Source of the DNA: a candidate division WWE3 bacterium RIFOXYC1_FULL_40_10
GTDB lineage: Bacteria > Patescibacteriota > WWE3 > UBA101185 > UBA10185
Direction of reading: 5' to 3'
NCBI GenBank assembly: GCA_001773215.1
Contig: MEWB01000001.1
Coordinates: forward strand, 395,052-459,051
Length of the DNA stretch: 64,000 nucleotides
Positions 19,005 through 27,660 of this stretch are shown here, in pieces. Both the position numbers and the translations under genes were made by a program. Under the pieces are notes generated by a model. It was not told the DNA's origin. It searched no databases and worked only from the letters and a program-made list of their open reading frames with translations. The stretch's first letter is position 1. Every line of letters starts with the position of its first letter.

Positions 19005-19231
19005 AAATCTTAAAAGTGTATTTGAAAATGTTTAACAAAAAGCCTGCCTTGAGCAAGTATCGTCAAAAACAATTGGAAACGAGATGTTTCAAAAAGAAAC
19101 GGGTTTTAATGAGCGTCATACATTAAATAAAAACTTTGGTTACCCTATTATATTTAACGCCCCTCTCTTAAATTATACTTGACTGTATAATTCTCCACAT
19201 GCTATAAAGTATACATAACGGTATAATTTAT

Positions 19232-19651
19232 ATGAATGACTTAATAATTAGCAATTATGAAGAACGCAACAAACAGCTATTAGAGGACTGTATATCTATT
19301 TGGGTTGAACACGACTTTCAATCGCGCTGGTTTCGTGTAAAAGGATACCATGAATTGGGCAAAAGACTTTTAGAAGAACCAAAGGAATATGGGGATAGGT
19401 TTGTGCCATTGGTGGCAGAATCTTTGGGTAAAAGTGAACGAACAATATACAGGACTATTGAATTTGCACGAGCATTTCCTGATTTAGATTTACTTCCCGA
19501 AGGTAAAAATATTAGCTGGTACAAGATAATTCAAAAATATCTCCCATTAGAAACAAGATGTATAGGAGACGCTATGCTAGTGTATATATGTCCCAACTGT
19601 AATTCCGAACACAAAAAATCAGATATAAAGTTCATAAGAAAGAATATATAG
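19232..19651 (+). CDS. hypothetical protein with C-terminal CxxC zinc-ribbon (island-borne)
   Basis: CPNCNSEHK; GKSERTIYRTIEFARAF is possibly HTH-like. A TATAAT lies 10 nt upstream. Confidence 0.45.
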   Translation: MNDLIISNYEERNKQLLEDCISIWVEHDFQSRWFRVKGYHELGKRLLEEPKEYGDRFVPLVAESLGKSERTIYRTIEFARAFPDLDLLPEGKNISWYKIIQKYLPLETRCIGDAMLVYICPNCNSEHKKSDIKFIRKNI

Positions 19652-19652
19652 A

Positions 19653-20456
19653 ATGTTTCGGTTACCAGAAGCAGAGGAAATAAATCTATTAGATGCTAAG
19701 GCTAGAATTAACTTTGATTCCATAATCAACACAAGAAAGTACACCGTTAAAGACTCTACAATGACTTACCGTCAAGCTAATTCTATGGCGAGTGATAATA
19801 TGCTTCCCGAAGACAAAGATAGGGATAATGGGTGGAGAAAGTTCAGTCTCAAGGAGTTAATTTACATTGAATTGGTCTTATCACTAAAGAAGTTGGGACT
19901 AAAACACAGTCAACTTAGAAATGTTTGGGACTCTTTTTTCAATCCGTATGATGACGCAAAAAAGGAAAAACGATTATGGAGAGAAATTAGTGATGATGTG
20001 ATTGCGTTAGTAATGGGTCACATAGACATGATTTTAACAATAACTGCAGGTGGGGAGGTTTCCTATATACACCCTGTTTTTTTTACTAGGGAATATCCAA
20101 CTGAAGAGCCATTTGTTTTTGTTAGTATGAGCGATACCGTTAATAAAGTAGCTAAAAGAATTGGTAAAGAAGGGTTTACACCAAAAGCAACATTAGATAG
20201 CATTTATCACATCTTAACAACCAAAGAAGAAAAGGCATTAGCCCTTATAAGAAACGGCGAGTTTAGAACAATAAAGTTAACAAAAAAGGATGGGGAAATA
20301 GAGTTAATCCATGCAGAGCAGATGAATAAATCCGATAATATTACAATTAAAGCAATTGAGGAAGTCATCTCAACAGGTAAATACCAAAAAATTACTATTA
20401 CTCAAAAAGATGGAAAATTAGTCAACCTTACACAAGAAGTTATGATGAAAGTCTAA
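19653..20456 (+). CDS. hypothetical protein (267 aa, island-borne)
   Basis: Follows the previous ORF with 1-nt spacing. No recognised motif. Confidence 0.45.
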   Translation: MFRLPEAEEINLLDAKARINFDSIINTRKYTVKDSTMTYRQANSMASDNMLPEDKDRDNGWRKFSLKELIYIELVLSLKKLGLKHSQLRNVWDSFFNPYDDAKKEKRLWREISDDVIALVMGHIDMILTITAGGEVSYIHPVFFTREYPTEEPFVFVSMSDTVNKVAKRIGKEGFTPKATLDSIYHILTTKEEKALALIRNGEFRTIKLTKKDGEIELIHAEQMNKSDNITIKAIEEVISTGKYQKITITQKDGKLVNLTQEVMMKV

Positions 20457-20549
20457 CCACTGAGCTGATACACAGCAGGTGTTAGCATGTAATTAAAATT
20501 TATAAGCAAGTTATGAGAAACACTCAAGCTGGCTGGGACAACCAGTACT

Positions 20550-20714
20550 ATGAGTGCAGAAAAAGAAAAGTTAGCTAAAATTGCTCAATCTATAGAAAGG
20601 AAGACTAGTATTAAAGATAAAGAAAAGATATTAGGAATAGCACAGGCTGTAGATGACTTCGCTGGTCTAATTCTACAAAGCTATTTAGCAGGAAAGGCAT
20701 TAAAGAAAAAATGA
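20550..20714 (+). CDS. small ORF (54 aa) translationally coupled to the recombinase gene; candidate recombination accessory/directionality factor
   Basis: Own translation MSAEKEKLAKIAQSIERKTSIKDKEKILGIAQAVDDFAGLILQSYLAGKALKKK. Its stop TGA overlaps the recombinase ATG (ATGA). Confidence 0.25.
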   Translation: MSAEKEKLAKIAQSIERKTSIKDKEKILGIAQAVDDFAGLILQSYLAGKALKKK

Positions 20715-22213
20715 AAGCAATAATTTATTGTAGGGTATCTACACAGGAACAAGTTAATGAGGGCAACAGTCTTTTAACACAAGAAAGGCTTTGTAGGCAG
20801 TATGGAAAAAATAATGGCTACGAGATTGACAAGGTTTTCGTTGAGGAAGGTGAAAGTGCTAAAACCATATACAGAACATCCCTCAAGAACATGATGAAAT
20901 ATTGTACTTTAACGGAAGGTAAAATTGATGCTGTGTTGATTTATAGAATTGATAGGCTTTCAAGAGAAACTGCAGACTATATAGCCTTAAAGGTTTTTTT
21001 TAATAAATTAGGGATTAAAGTGATATCTACCAGCGAACCAATTGAAGATACACCTACAGGTAGGTTTTTAGAAACTGTTCTCGCAAGTAGTGCTCAAATG
21101 GATAATGAGATAAGAGGAGAACGAAGTAAAAACGGTATGATAGACCGTCTAAAACAAGGAAGATGGATGTTTTATGCACCTTTAGGTTATAGGACAGAGG
21201 GAGCAAAAGGTGCCTCAAATATAGAACCTGTAGAACCCATAGCAGGTTATATAAACAGGGTTTTTATGGCACTATCCTCTGGGTATATAACGGTAGAAGA
21301 GGTGCGAAGGGACTCCGCAAAATGGGGACTTGTAACAAACAGAGGTAAAGCACTTAGCATTTCAATGTTTCATAAAATGATTAGAAACCCGATTTATAAG
21401 GGGTACTTAGATGTCCCTAGCATGGGGATTTATCAAAAAGGCAGTTTTAAGGCTATTGTAGATGAAAAAGTATTTGACCAAGTTCAGTATATTTTAGAAA
21501 GCAAAAAGAAGAAAATGCCTATATATAGAAAATTAAACCCTGACTTTCCTTTAAGGGGTGCATTGAAATGTAGCAAATGTGGAAAATTACTAACAGCGAG
21601 TTGGGCAAAGCAAAGAACCATAGGTCACTACAGGTGTTCAGTATGTACCAATGTGAACCTAAACAAAAAGGTTTTGGAAAATACATTTAGTGAATACCTT
21701 AAGTCAATAGTTTGGAACCAAATAACAGTTGAAGTTGTAAAAGAAGCATTGTTATTAAATTGGCAATCGCACAAAAAAGAATACGAAAAAGAACTAGCTA
21801 AAATTGCGAAGCAACAAATTGAAATAAGAGAGTTAATGGATAAAGTTGTTGATAAAAACATGAGGGGTGTTTACAGTGACTCGCTAGCAAAAACTAAACT
21901 AAATGATTATGAAAGGAACCTCGCCGAATTGCGTTTAGAGACCCAGAAATATGCTTCTCCAGATGTTATGGAGGCAGATTTACTTAACTACAGCGTTGAC
22001 TTCATGCGTAATATAACTGGTATGTGGGATAAATTGGATATAGAACCAAAGCATAGGTTGCATAAAATGTTATTTCCTGATGGTATCGTTTATTTGAATG
22101 GGATATTTACAACCCCTGTTAAATCCTGTCTTATAGAGCTAAACGATCTAGTATGTGTTGAAAATTCTACTATGGTGACCCCACGGAGAATCGAACTCCG
22201 GTTGCCGGGATGA
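20711..22213 (+). CDS. large serine recombinase (resolvase-domain integrase)
   Basis: N-terminal catalytic context IIYCRVSTQEQ and resolvase-domain motifs (LIYRIDRLSR, SAQMDNEIRGERSKNG). Downstream recombinase domain and zinc ribbon CSKCGKLL..YRCSVC. The last 13 codons are encoded within the tRNA-Glu sequence. Confidence 0.9.
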   Translation: MKAIIYCRVSTQEQVNEGNSLLTQERLCRQYGKNNGYEIDKVFVEEGESAKTIYRTSLKNMMKYCTLTEGKIDAVLIYRIDRLSRETADYIALKVFFNKLGIKVISTSEPIEDTPTGRFLETVLASSAQMDNEIRGERSKNGMIDRLKQGRWMFYAPLGYRTEGAKGASNIEPVEPIAGYINRVFMALSSGYITVEEVRRDSAKWGLVTNRGKALSISMFHKMIRNPIYKGYLDVPSMGIYQKGSFKAIVDEKVFDQVQYILESKKKKMPIYRKLNPDFPLRGALKCSKCGKLLTASWAKQRTIGHYRCSVCTNVNLNKKVLENTFSEYLKSIVWNQITVEVVKEALLLNWQSHKKEYEKELAKIAKQQIEIRELMDKVVDKNMRGVYSDSLAKTKLNDYERNLAELRLETQKYASPDVMEADLLNYSVDFMRNITGMWDKLDIEPKHRLHKMLFPDGIVYLNGIFTTPVKSCLIELNDLVCVENSTMVTPRRIELRLPG

Positions 22214-22247
22214 AAACCCGGCGTCCTAACCGTTAGACGATGGGGCC
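22173..22247 (-). tRNA. tRNA-Glu (anticodon TTC)
   Basis: Minus-strand GGCCCCATCGTCTAACGGTTAGGACGCCGGGTTTTCATCCCGGCAACCGGAGTTCGATTCTCCGTGGGGTCACCA. Acceptor 7 bp with one G-U pair, anticodon loop TTTTCAT, TTCGATT T-loop, CCA encoded. Confidence 0.9.
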
Positions 22248-22302
22248 ACGACCTCGCCATTTTATCAGTAAATACACCTATCAGCAATATTTGGTAAAAT
22301 GA

Positions 22303-23727
22303 TTGCATTCTATGAATATCCTGGAAAAAATTATTATTTATTTCACCTCGGTGATCTTAACTCTATCCCCTACCCCTAAATATACAGAGGGTATAGTAGG
22401 CCAACCTCAGAATTTCTTGCCAAGCCAAGCGCAAACACCTAACGATCGAACAATTTCCAGGATGATTTTTAGAGGCCTGTTTAAATACGATAACTACGGA
22501 GCCCTTCAGCCGGATTTAGCAGATACTTGGTCAATTTCCCCGGATGGATTGGTTTATACCATAAAATTAAAAGAGAATAATTTTTGGACAAACGGCAAGA
22601 GAATTACCTCAGATGACTTAATCTATACATCATTTAAGGTTAACGACCTCTCGGGAGTGGCAACCGACAAAGTAGACGAGCTAACAGTTCGGTATACACT
22701 TCCAAATAGATACGCCCCATTTTTAAACTTGATGACTGTTGGAATAATGCCCTCCCAGTCTGAAGAAAAGGTAGACCCTATATTTCCGGTCTCCAGTGGC
22801 CCCTTTAGAGTAATTTCCGTTGAGAAAGTAGGGGGTTTAGTTAAGAAAGTGACATTGCATAATTCTGAAACTAACCTAAGAAAACTGGTGTTTAGATATT
22901 ATAAAACCGAAGATGATCTGAATTTGGCTATTAAGCTGGCAGAGATCGATGGATACACATCAGAGGCTGAAAACCCAAATGAGAATTTTGAGGATCACAA
23001 GTTCCCACTTCAAGGAGTATATTATGCATTGTTTTTTAACCAAAGAAATGAAAAATTTCAGGATCCGGCACTTAGAATAAATATCGCAAAAGCACTTAAC
23101 ACAAATCACGTTATTGGTAATAAAGGAATTCCCGTAGAAGGGCCTATTAGCCGCAGTGCTTTTACAAGCAGTAAGCTAAAGTTTAATATTTATGACGAAA
23201 ACTTTTCAATAGACATGAGTACGAAAGACTTTAAGTTAACTATCCCCGACTTACCCATACATAGGGATAGCGCTCAGCTAATTAAGTCTCTACTAAAGGA
23301 TAAACTGGGGATCAAAGTTGAGATTATTGCAGTACAGCCGGAAAATTTCATCAAGGAAATCGTGGAACCTAGAAATTTTGAGGTTCTCCTTTATGGCCAG
23401 GAAGTATCTAGAGATCCGGATAGGTATGTTTTATGGCATTCTGAACAAAAAGACCCGCCGGGTTTAAACATAACCGGATTTAAGCACGTAAGAGCCGACC
23501 GCGCTTTGGAAGAAGGCCGTAAGGAACTAGAAACCTCAAAGCGTACGTTACATTACGAAGAATTCGAACGAGTGTTTTCCGAACAGGTACCCGCGATATT
23601 TTTATACCATCCTTTTGTACACCACTATGTAACATCTCATATAAAGGGCATCGGAGAGAAATATACCTACACGTATGTGGATAGGTTCTTAGATTTTTAT
23701 AACTGGACCAGGCTTGATACGAATTAG
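22303..23727 (+). CDS. ABC-transporter solute-binding protein, family 5 (peptide/nickel-binding-like)
   Basis: Signal/TM start, then the NFLPSQAQTPNDRTISRMIFRGLFKYD..LQPDLADTWSISPDGLVYTIKLK pattern typical of SBP_bac_5. Confidence 0.65.
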   Translation: MHSMNILEKIIIYFTSVILTLSPTPKYTEGIVGQPQNFLPSQAQTPNDRTISRMIFRGLFKYDNYGALQPDLADTWSISPDGLVYTIKLKENNFWTNGKRITSDDLIYTSFKVNDLSGVATDKVDELTVRYTLPNRYAPFLNLMTVGIMPSQSEEKVDPIFPVSSGPFRVISVEKVGGLVKKVTLHNSETNLRKLVFRYYKTEDDLNLAIKLAEIDGYTSEAENPNENFEDHKFPLQGVYYALFFNQRNEKFQDPALRINIAKALNTNHVIGNKGIPVEGPISRSAFTSSKLKFNIYDENFSIDMSTKDFKLTIPDLPIHRDSAQLIKSLLKDKLGIKVEIIAVQPENFIKEIVEPRNFEVLLYGQEVSRDPDRYVLWHSEQKDPPGLNITGFKHVRADRALEEGRKELETSKRTLHYEEFERVFSEQVPAIFLYHPFVHHYVTSHIKGIGEKYTYTYVDRFLDFYNWTRLDTN

Positions 23728-23816
23728 TGTATAATGCTCGTTGGTGTATGGTGACCGTAGCTTCCGCCTTCGCTGGTGCTACGGCGGACAGGACTACACT
23801 ATTAAGGATGTCATGT

Positions 23817-23893
23817 GGTGACCGTAGCTCAGTCGGTAGAGCACCGCTCTGTGGAAGCGGGGGTCGCGGGTTCGAGCCCCGTCGGTCACCCCA
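23817..23893 (+). tRNA. tRNA-His (anticodon GTG)
   Basis: G-1 encoded and paired with C73. Acceptor GTGACCG/CGGTCAC, anticodon loop CTGTGGA, CCA encoded. Track ORF 23727-23912 overlaps it and is rejected. Confidence 0.9.
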
Positions 23894-23996
23894 GAAAATA
23901 AAGTTGATTTAACAACACTTTTTATAGTGCCCCTAACGATAAATTGAACCGAGACCTACATTCCCTTTCAACTCGGAGTATCGTATAATCAATAGT

Positions 23997-24326
23997 GTGA
24001 ACCGTAGAGTTGCATACTCATTAGCCTTTTTGTTTCTTACCGTTTTACTTTTGCTTTTTTTGTGGAAGCAAGTCGTTCTACTTTCATTTCTACTTGTACT
24101 TATTGCATATGCGAAATATAGAATAGCCCCTATTAAAAGAGAACTGCTGTGGTATGTTTTGGTAAGTCTTGCTGGCGGTATTACCGAAATCATATTAGTA
24201 AATATTGGTCGTGCGTGGAGCTACACCGGTCCAGGTTTTTTAGGTTTACCTATACAGATGGTACTTTTTTGGGGAGTTGTGGGCACCACTGTAGTCATAA
24301 TATATGATGAGTTAGTTGGTAAATAG
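23997..24326 (+). CDS. small membrane protein (3 TM)
   Basis: Hydrophobic helices. The antisense ORF 23933-24193 is less protein-like. Confidence 0.4.
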   Translation: MNRRVAYSLAFLFLTVLLLLFLWKQVVLLSFLLVLIAYAKYRIAPIKRELLWYVLVSLAGGITEIILVNIGRAWSYTGPGFLGLPIQMVLFWGVVGTTVVIIYDELVGK

Positions 24327-24523
24327 TATCCCTTTGTTTAGTATTTCTCGGAAAATCAGAATTGTTTTAATAATGCGGTTCAAGTTAGCACCTACTACCG
24401 ACCCCAATATATTTTCGTTGCTAAATCAACACTTTTTTGTAACCCCCTAATACTAAATTGAACCGGATTGCATATTTATGACAAGCTGCCTATAATCACA
24501 GCAAAATAAAAGGAGAGTGGAAA

Positions 24524-24808
24524 ATGACGATTAGAATCACATCTACGACTGACGATATGTGGGTAGGAAGGCAATTGGGCGGGAATAACGTTGATATAGC
24601 CCTACTTCATTACCCAGATAAAAAGGTAGGTTGCCACCTGTGTGTAAGGAAATCTATCAAGGACAGAATTTCAGAAACACTTGCGATAAAAGAGGGGTGG
24701 AAATCCACAAATTGTTATTTCTTTGTATGGGTAAACCAAACCCCGGAGCAAATCATAGATATGATCCGAACTAAAACACGTGAAACAGACACATTAGTGG
24801 TTTCATAA
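24524..24808 (+). CDS. hypothetical protein (94 aa)
   Basis: SD AAAGGAGAGTGGAAAATG. Followed by a clean terminator. Confidence 0.5.
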   Translation: MTIRITSTTDDMWVGRQLGGNNVDIALLHYPDKKVGCHLCVRKSIKDRISETLAIKEGWKSTNCYFFVWVNQTPEQIIDMIRTKTRETDTLVVS

Positions 24809-24860
24809 CGAAATGAGTTGTAATCGGGAGATATATTTTATATATAAAACATCGCTCACA

Positions 24861-24897
24861 AAGAACCTTCTAAACAAACAGAAGGTTCTTTTTTTAT
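24861..24897 (+). terminator. rho-independent terminator
   Basis: aagaaccttct-aaacaaac-agaaggttctt followed by a T7 run. Confidence 0.6.
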
Positions 24898-25072
24898 TTG
24901 TCTCAAATACTGATACTCATTATTCCCATTAGTCTCTGTAAAACAAGTATTATTTGGTTTAATCTAGCCTCCACCACCGACCGCAAGCAACAAAGAAGTC
25001 AATTACAGAAAACAAAGCCGTCATTGCCAAATCCATTAAGGAATCTGGGTCAGACGGCTTTTTGTCATCTAT

Positions 25073-26527
25073 TTATTGTAAATTAGCGCGAGAACTCAAG
25101 GACAGTGCCACGAATCCGCCAAACCCAAAAATTAGTATAACTTTTACCCCCGTAGCAGACGATGTGTGAACTTTCACTTCTTCGCATCTAACATACTCTG
25201 TTGCTTTGAACTCATCAGTTAGAAAACCTTCGAGTCCCCATAGCTCAAATAGACTTGCGGCAACTTCCTCGCCTTCCCCAATAAAGTAAGGCCGAGAAGC
25301 AAGCCAATCACTATCTAATCCGGCCGGTAGTAAGCATGGCCCAATGATAGTAGGAGGCTTAATATCAACTCCCCTCCTCATGGTGCGTACCTCATCTCCT
25401 ACCAGCAGCCTACCCTCACGGTGCTCTTTAGCAAAGGTAAGCGCCGAATTAAGGTTTTGAGAAACATACTCGCCCACAGTGTAATACACCTCGACAATGG
25501 TAATCTCTTTGAATACTCCCGGCCGAACCTCAATTGTAGGGGGTACAAAATTCGGATACTCCAACTCGATCTTTTGCTCCTTACCCCTTTTAAAGCTTTT
25601 TACAGTTACGGCCTCGGGTGTTCGATTGGCTTCAGCTATAGCTCCCTCGAGGTATCTATGCCATTTAATCCCCTTGGAAGTGGACAGTTGGAAGTATCTC
25701 TCCCCCGAAGGCCAACCGGCTAACTCATCCGGCGGAGCCCATGCATCCAAAATTTCCAGTAAAATCGGAGTATCGAAACCCCTTTGCAAAAACACTGCCC
25801 CTGCTTCGTACTGGGACTCGGCATATCGTCTGGCTTCCTCCTCAGTGTCATATTCTCGTCGAGACAAGGTTGTTGAGGAATCCGGCAGATATACATATTT
25901 TATCTCTACAGGTAGTCCGCCTTCATTCAAACAGGACACAAGTTGCTGCCAAGAAGAAAAACTTCGCGGATCTCCTTCTTGATTTCCCTGCTCCGCAGTT
26001 TTGTAGATAAAAACCCTCGATTGCTTGGAATACCCGTACACTGCAACCTCAGACCCATTCACAAGAGTACCACGGCATTCCCTATCCGGTTCAAGAAAAT
26101 ATCTTCTCGAAAATGATTCTACGGGAATATCTGCCCCGGCAATCACTAAAGCTTGTTGTGAGGGTGGATTAACTTTTAAACGTAACCCTGCCGCGGACTC
26201 AACCACACAGTTATCTAAAGCTCGCGCATTTTTAAAATAGGCTGCGTCTTTCTTTACAACTCTATCGAAAAAATGAAAAAGATACTCGCGAGTGTAACCG
26301 TTTTGGAAACCCACAACGCCTACATTCGTCCCCTCAATAGTTTCCCCGGTACATGGTAGTGTCCCCGGAGGAAAAAAACCTCCATCGGGTAGCCGATCGA
26401 AAATTATAGCCTCTTCCTCTGACCAGGCGTTTTCATAGTCAGAGGTGTCTAACGGGATACATCCTACAAGAACAAGCAACAGTGTAACTTGGATAATCCG
26501 AACAAAGAATCTACTCTTAATGACCAT
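25073..26527 (-). CDS. predicted lipoprotein with C-terminal TM anchor, unknown function (G+C-richer than surroundings)
   Basis: Lipobox-like LLLVLVGC, a large soluble region, C-terminal VKVILIFGFGGFVALSL plus a short polar tail. Confidence 0.55.
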   Translation of the reverse strand: MVIKSRFFVRIIQVTLLLVLVGCIPLDTSDYENAWSEEEAIIFDRLPDGGFFPPGTLPCTGETIEGTNVGVVGFQNGYTREYLFHFFDRVVKKDAAYFKNARALDNCVVESAAGLRLKVNPPSQQALVIAGADIPVESFSRRYFLEPDRECRGTLVNGSEVAVYGYSKQSRVFIYKTAEQGNQEGDPRSFSSWQQLVSCLNEGGLPVEIKYVYLPDSSTTLSRREYDTEEEARRYAESQYEAGAVFLQRGFDTPILLEILDAWAPPDELAGWPSGERYFQLSTSKGIKWHRYLEGAIAEANRTPEAVTVKSFKRGKEQKIELEYPNFVPPTIEVRPGVFKEITIVEVYYTVGEYVSQNLNSALTFAKEHREGRLLVGDEVRTMRRGVDIKPPTIIGPCLLPAGLDSDWLASRPYFIGEGEEVAASLFELWGLEGFLTDEFKATEYVRCEEVKVHTSSATGVKVILIFGFGGFVALSLSSRANLQ

Positions 26528-26634
26528 CTTCTTCTCCTTCTGTTATCTTAGATCAAGGCCAAGATGCCTATAGGCTCATATATGTGTGCAGTTTACTATA
26601 TATGACTTGTAGTAGCAAATGGTAAAATTATCAG

Positions 26635-27396
26635 GTGAAAATTATCAGCTGGAACGTTAGAACAGGTAATAAAAGGCTTCATAGAGCTTTAAACGACATT
26701 CTTAACAAGGAACCTGACGTGGTGTGTTTCCAAGAGTGGCCTAAGCGGAGACTGAATTTGCTTACTGGGTTAAATTCGTACGCATTACACCTTATTCCCG
26801 ATGTGATGAGTGATAATCCGCTGAAGGGTAGCTACATTTGCACCCTCACGAAATTACCTGTCGTATCCTCCAAAACAATTGAATATGCAACCAAAGCCCC
26901 GGCATCTCTTCTAAGCAAGGTATGCTATGAAGGATTTAATAAAACAAAAGAAGTCCATAAAGCCCTGGTTATAACCTTGCTTTATAATAACGCGACCTTT
27001 GAGGTGGCCAACTTTAGACTATCTTGCGCAGTAGGGCCTAGAACTCGCCAAAGATACTTAGATACCATCTTACGGACACACGGCGCTAACAAGCGCATCT
27101 ATTGCGGTGACTTTAATACAGTCGATGGCTTACTCATGAAAGCCTGGGGATGGGCGCTGGGATATAAAAAGGCTGATTTCTTATTCAACGAAAGAGGGGA
27201 ACTGGAGAAAAAGATTCAAGAGTTGAATTTGACTAACCCCTTTAACGGGATGTGTACCACATTTCCAAAGTGGTCTAGAAAAATGCAATTCGATCACATA
27301 CTGATTCCAAATGAGTTGAAATTATCCGAGAAGAAAATGCTCAAAAAAAGTATGGGCTCAGACCACCGAGTTCTTGTAACAAAAATAGAAGCATAG
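26635..27396 (+). CDS. endonuclease/exonuclease/phosphatase (EEP) family protein
   Basis: GTG start. IISWNVRTG, DVVCFQE, and C-terminal GSDHRVLVT (the SDH motif). Confidence 0.75.
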   Translation: MKIISWNVRTGNKRLHRALNDILNKEPDVVCFQEWPKRRLNLLTGLNSYALHLIPDVMSDNPLKGSYICTLTKLPVVSSKTIEYATKAPASLLSKVCYEGFNKTKEVHKALVITLLYNNATFEVANFRLSCAVGPRTRQRYLDTILRTHGANKRIYCGDFNTVDGLLMKAWGWALGYKKADFLFNERGELEKKIQELNLTNPFNGMCTTFPKWSRKMQFDHILIPNELKLSEKKMLKKSMGSDHRVLVTKIEA

Positions 27397-27660
27397 ATTG
27401 GATACCCGAAAATTTTTAGTCTTCGGATATCCTTTGCAAAACTACTTTGGAAGTCCCCTGAAAGCTTGTCTGAAAAAAACTCTGATGTCGCGAACAAATT
27501 TCCGGGGCAAAAAGTGAGGTCTTCCAACCGCCGGCCGTACCGCTTTTCTACGATTAGAGCTTTTAACAGTTTTAGGAGAGTCCATCTTCTATCCTTTCAT
27601 TGAGAGTCTAAGCGCGATACAGAAAAACTATCACAACTTGCTGTAATTGTATAGCTTCAG

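Larger units (their letters stand above)
13111..22193. mobile_element. putative integrated island (about 9.1 kb) at the 3' end of tRNA-Glu, bounded by 21-bp direct repeats; carries an RM system and a large serine recombinase
   Basis: TGGTGACCCCACGGAGAATCG occurs at 13111-13131 and again at 22173-22193; the latter is the 3' 21 nt of tRNA-Glu on the minus strand. The recombinase gene lies at the tRNA-proximal end. Confidence 0.65.

Noticed and set aside
22251-22302. Possible promoter/att sequence between tRNA-Glu and the SBP gene
   Set aside because: No repeat or recognisable -35/-10 pair could be supported by eye.
23727-23912. 61-aa ORF MYNARWCMVTVASAF..
   Set aside because: It overlaps tRNA-His (23817-23893) on the same strand and is G+C-driven, so it is not a gene.
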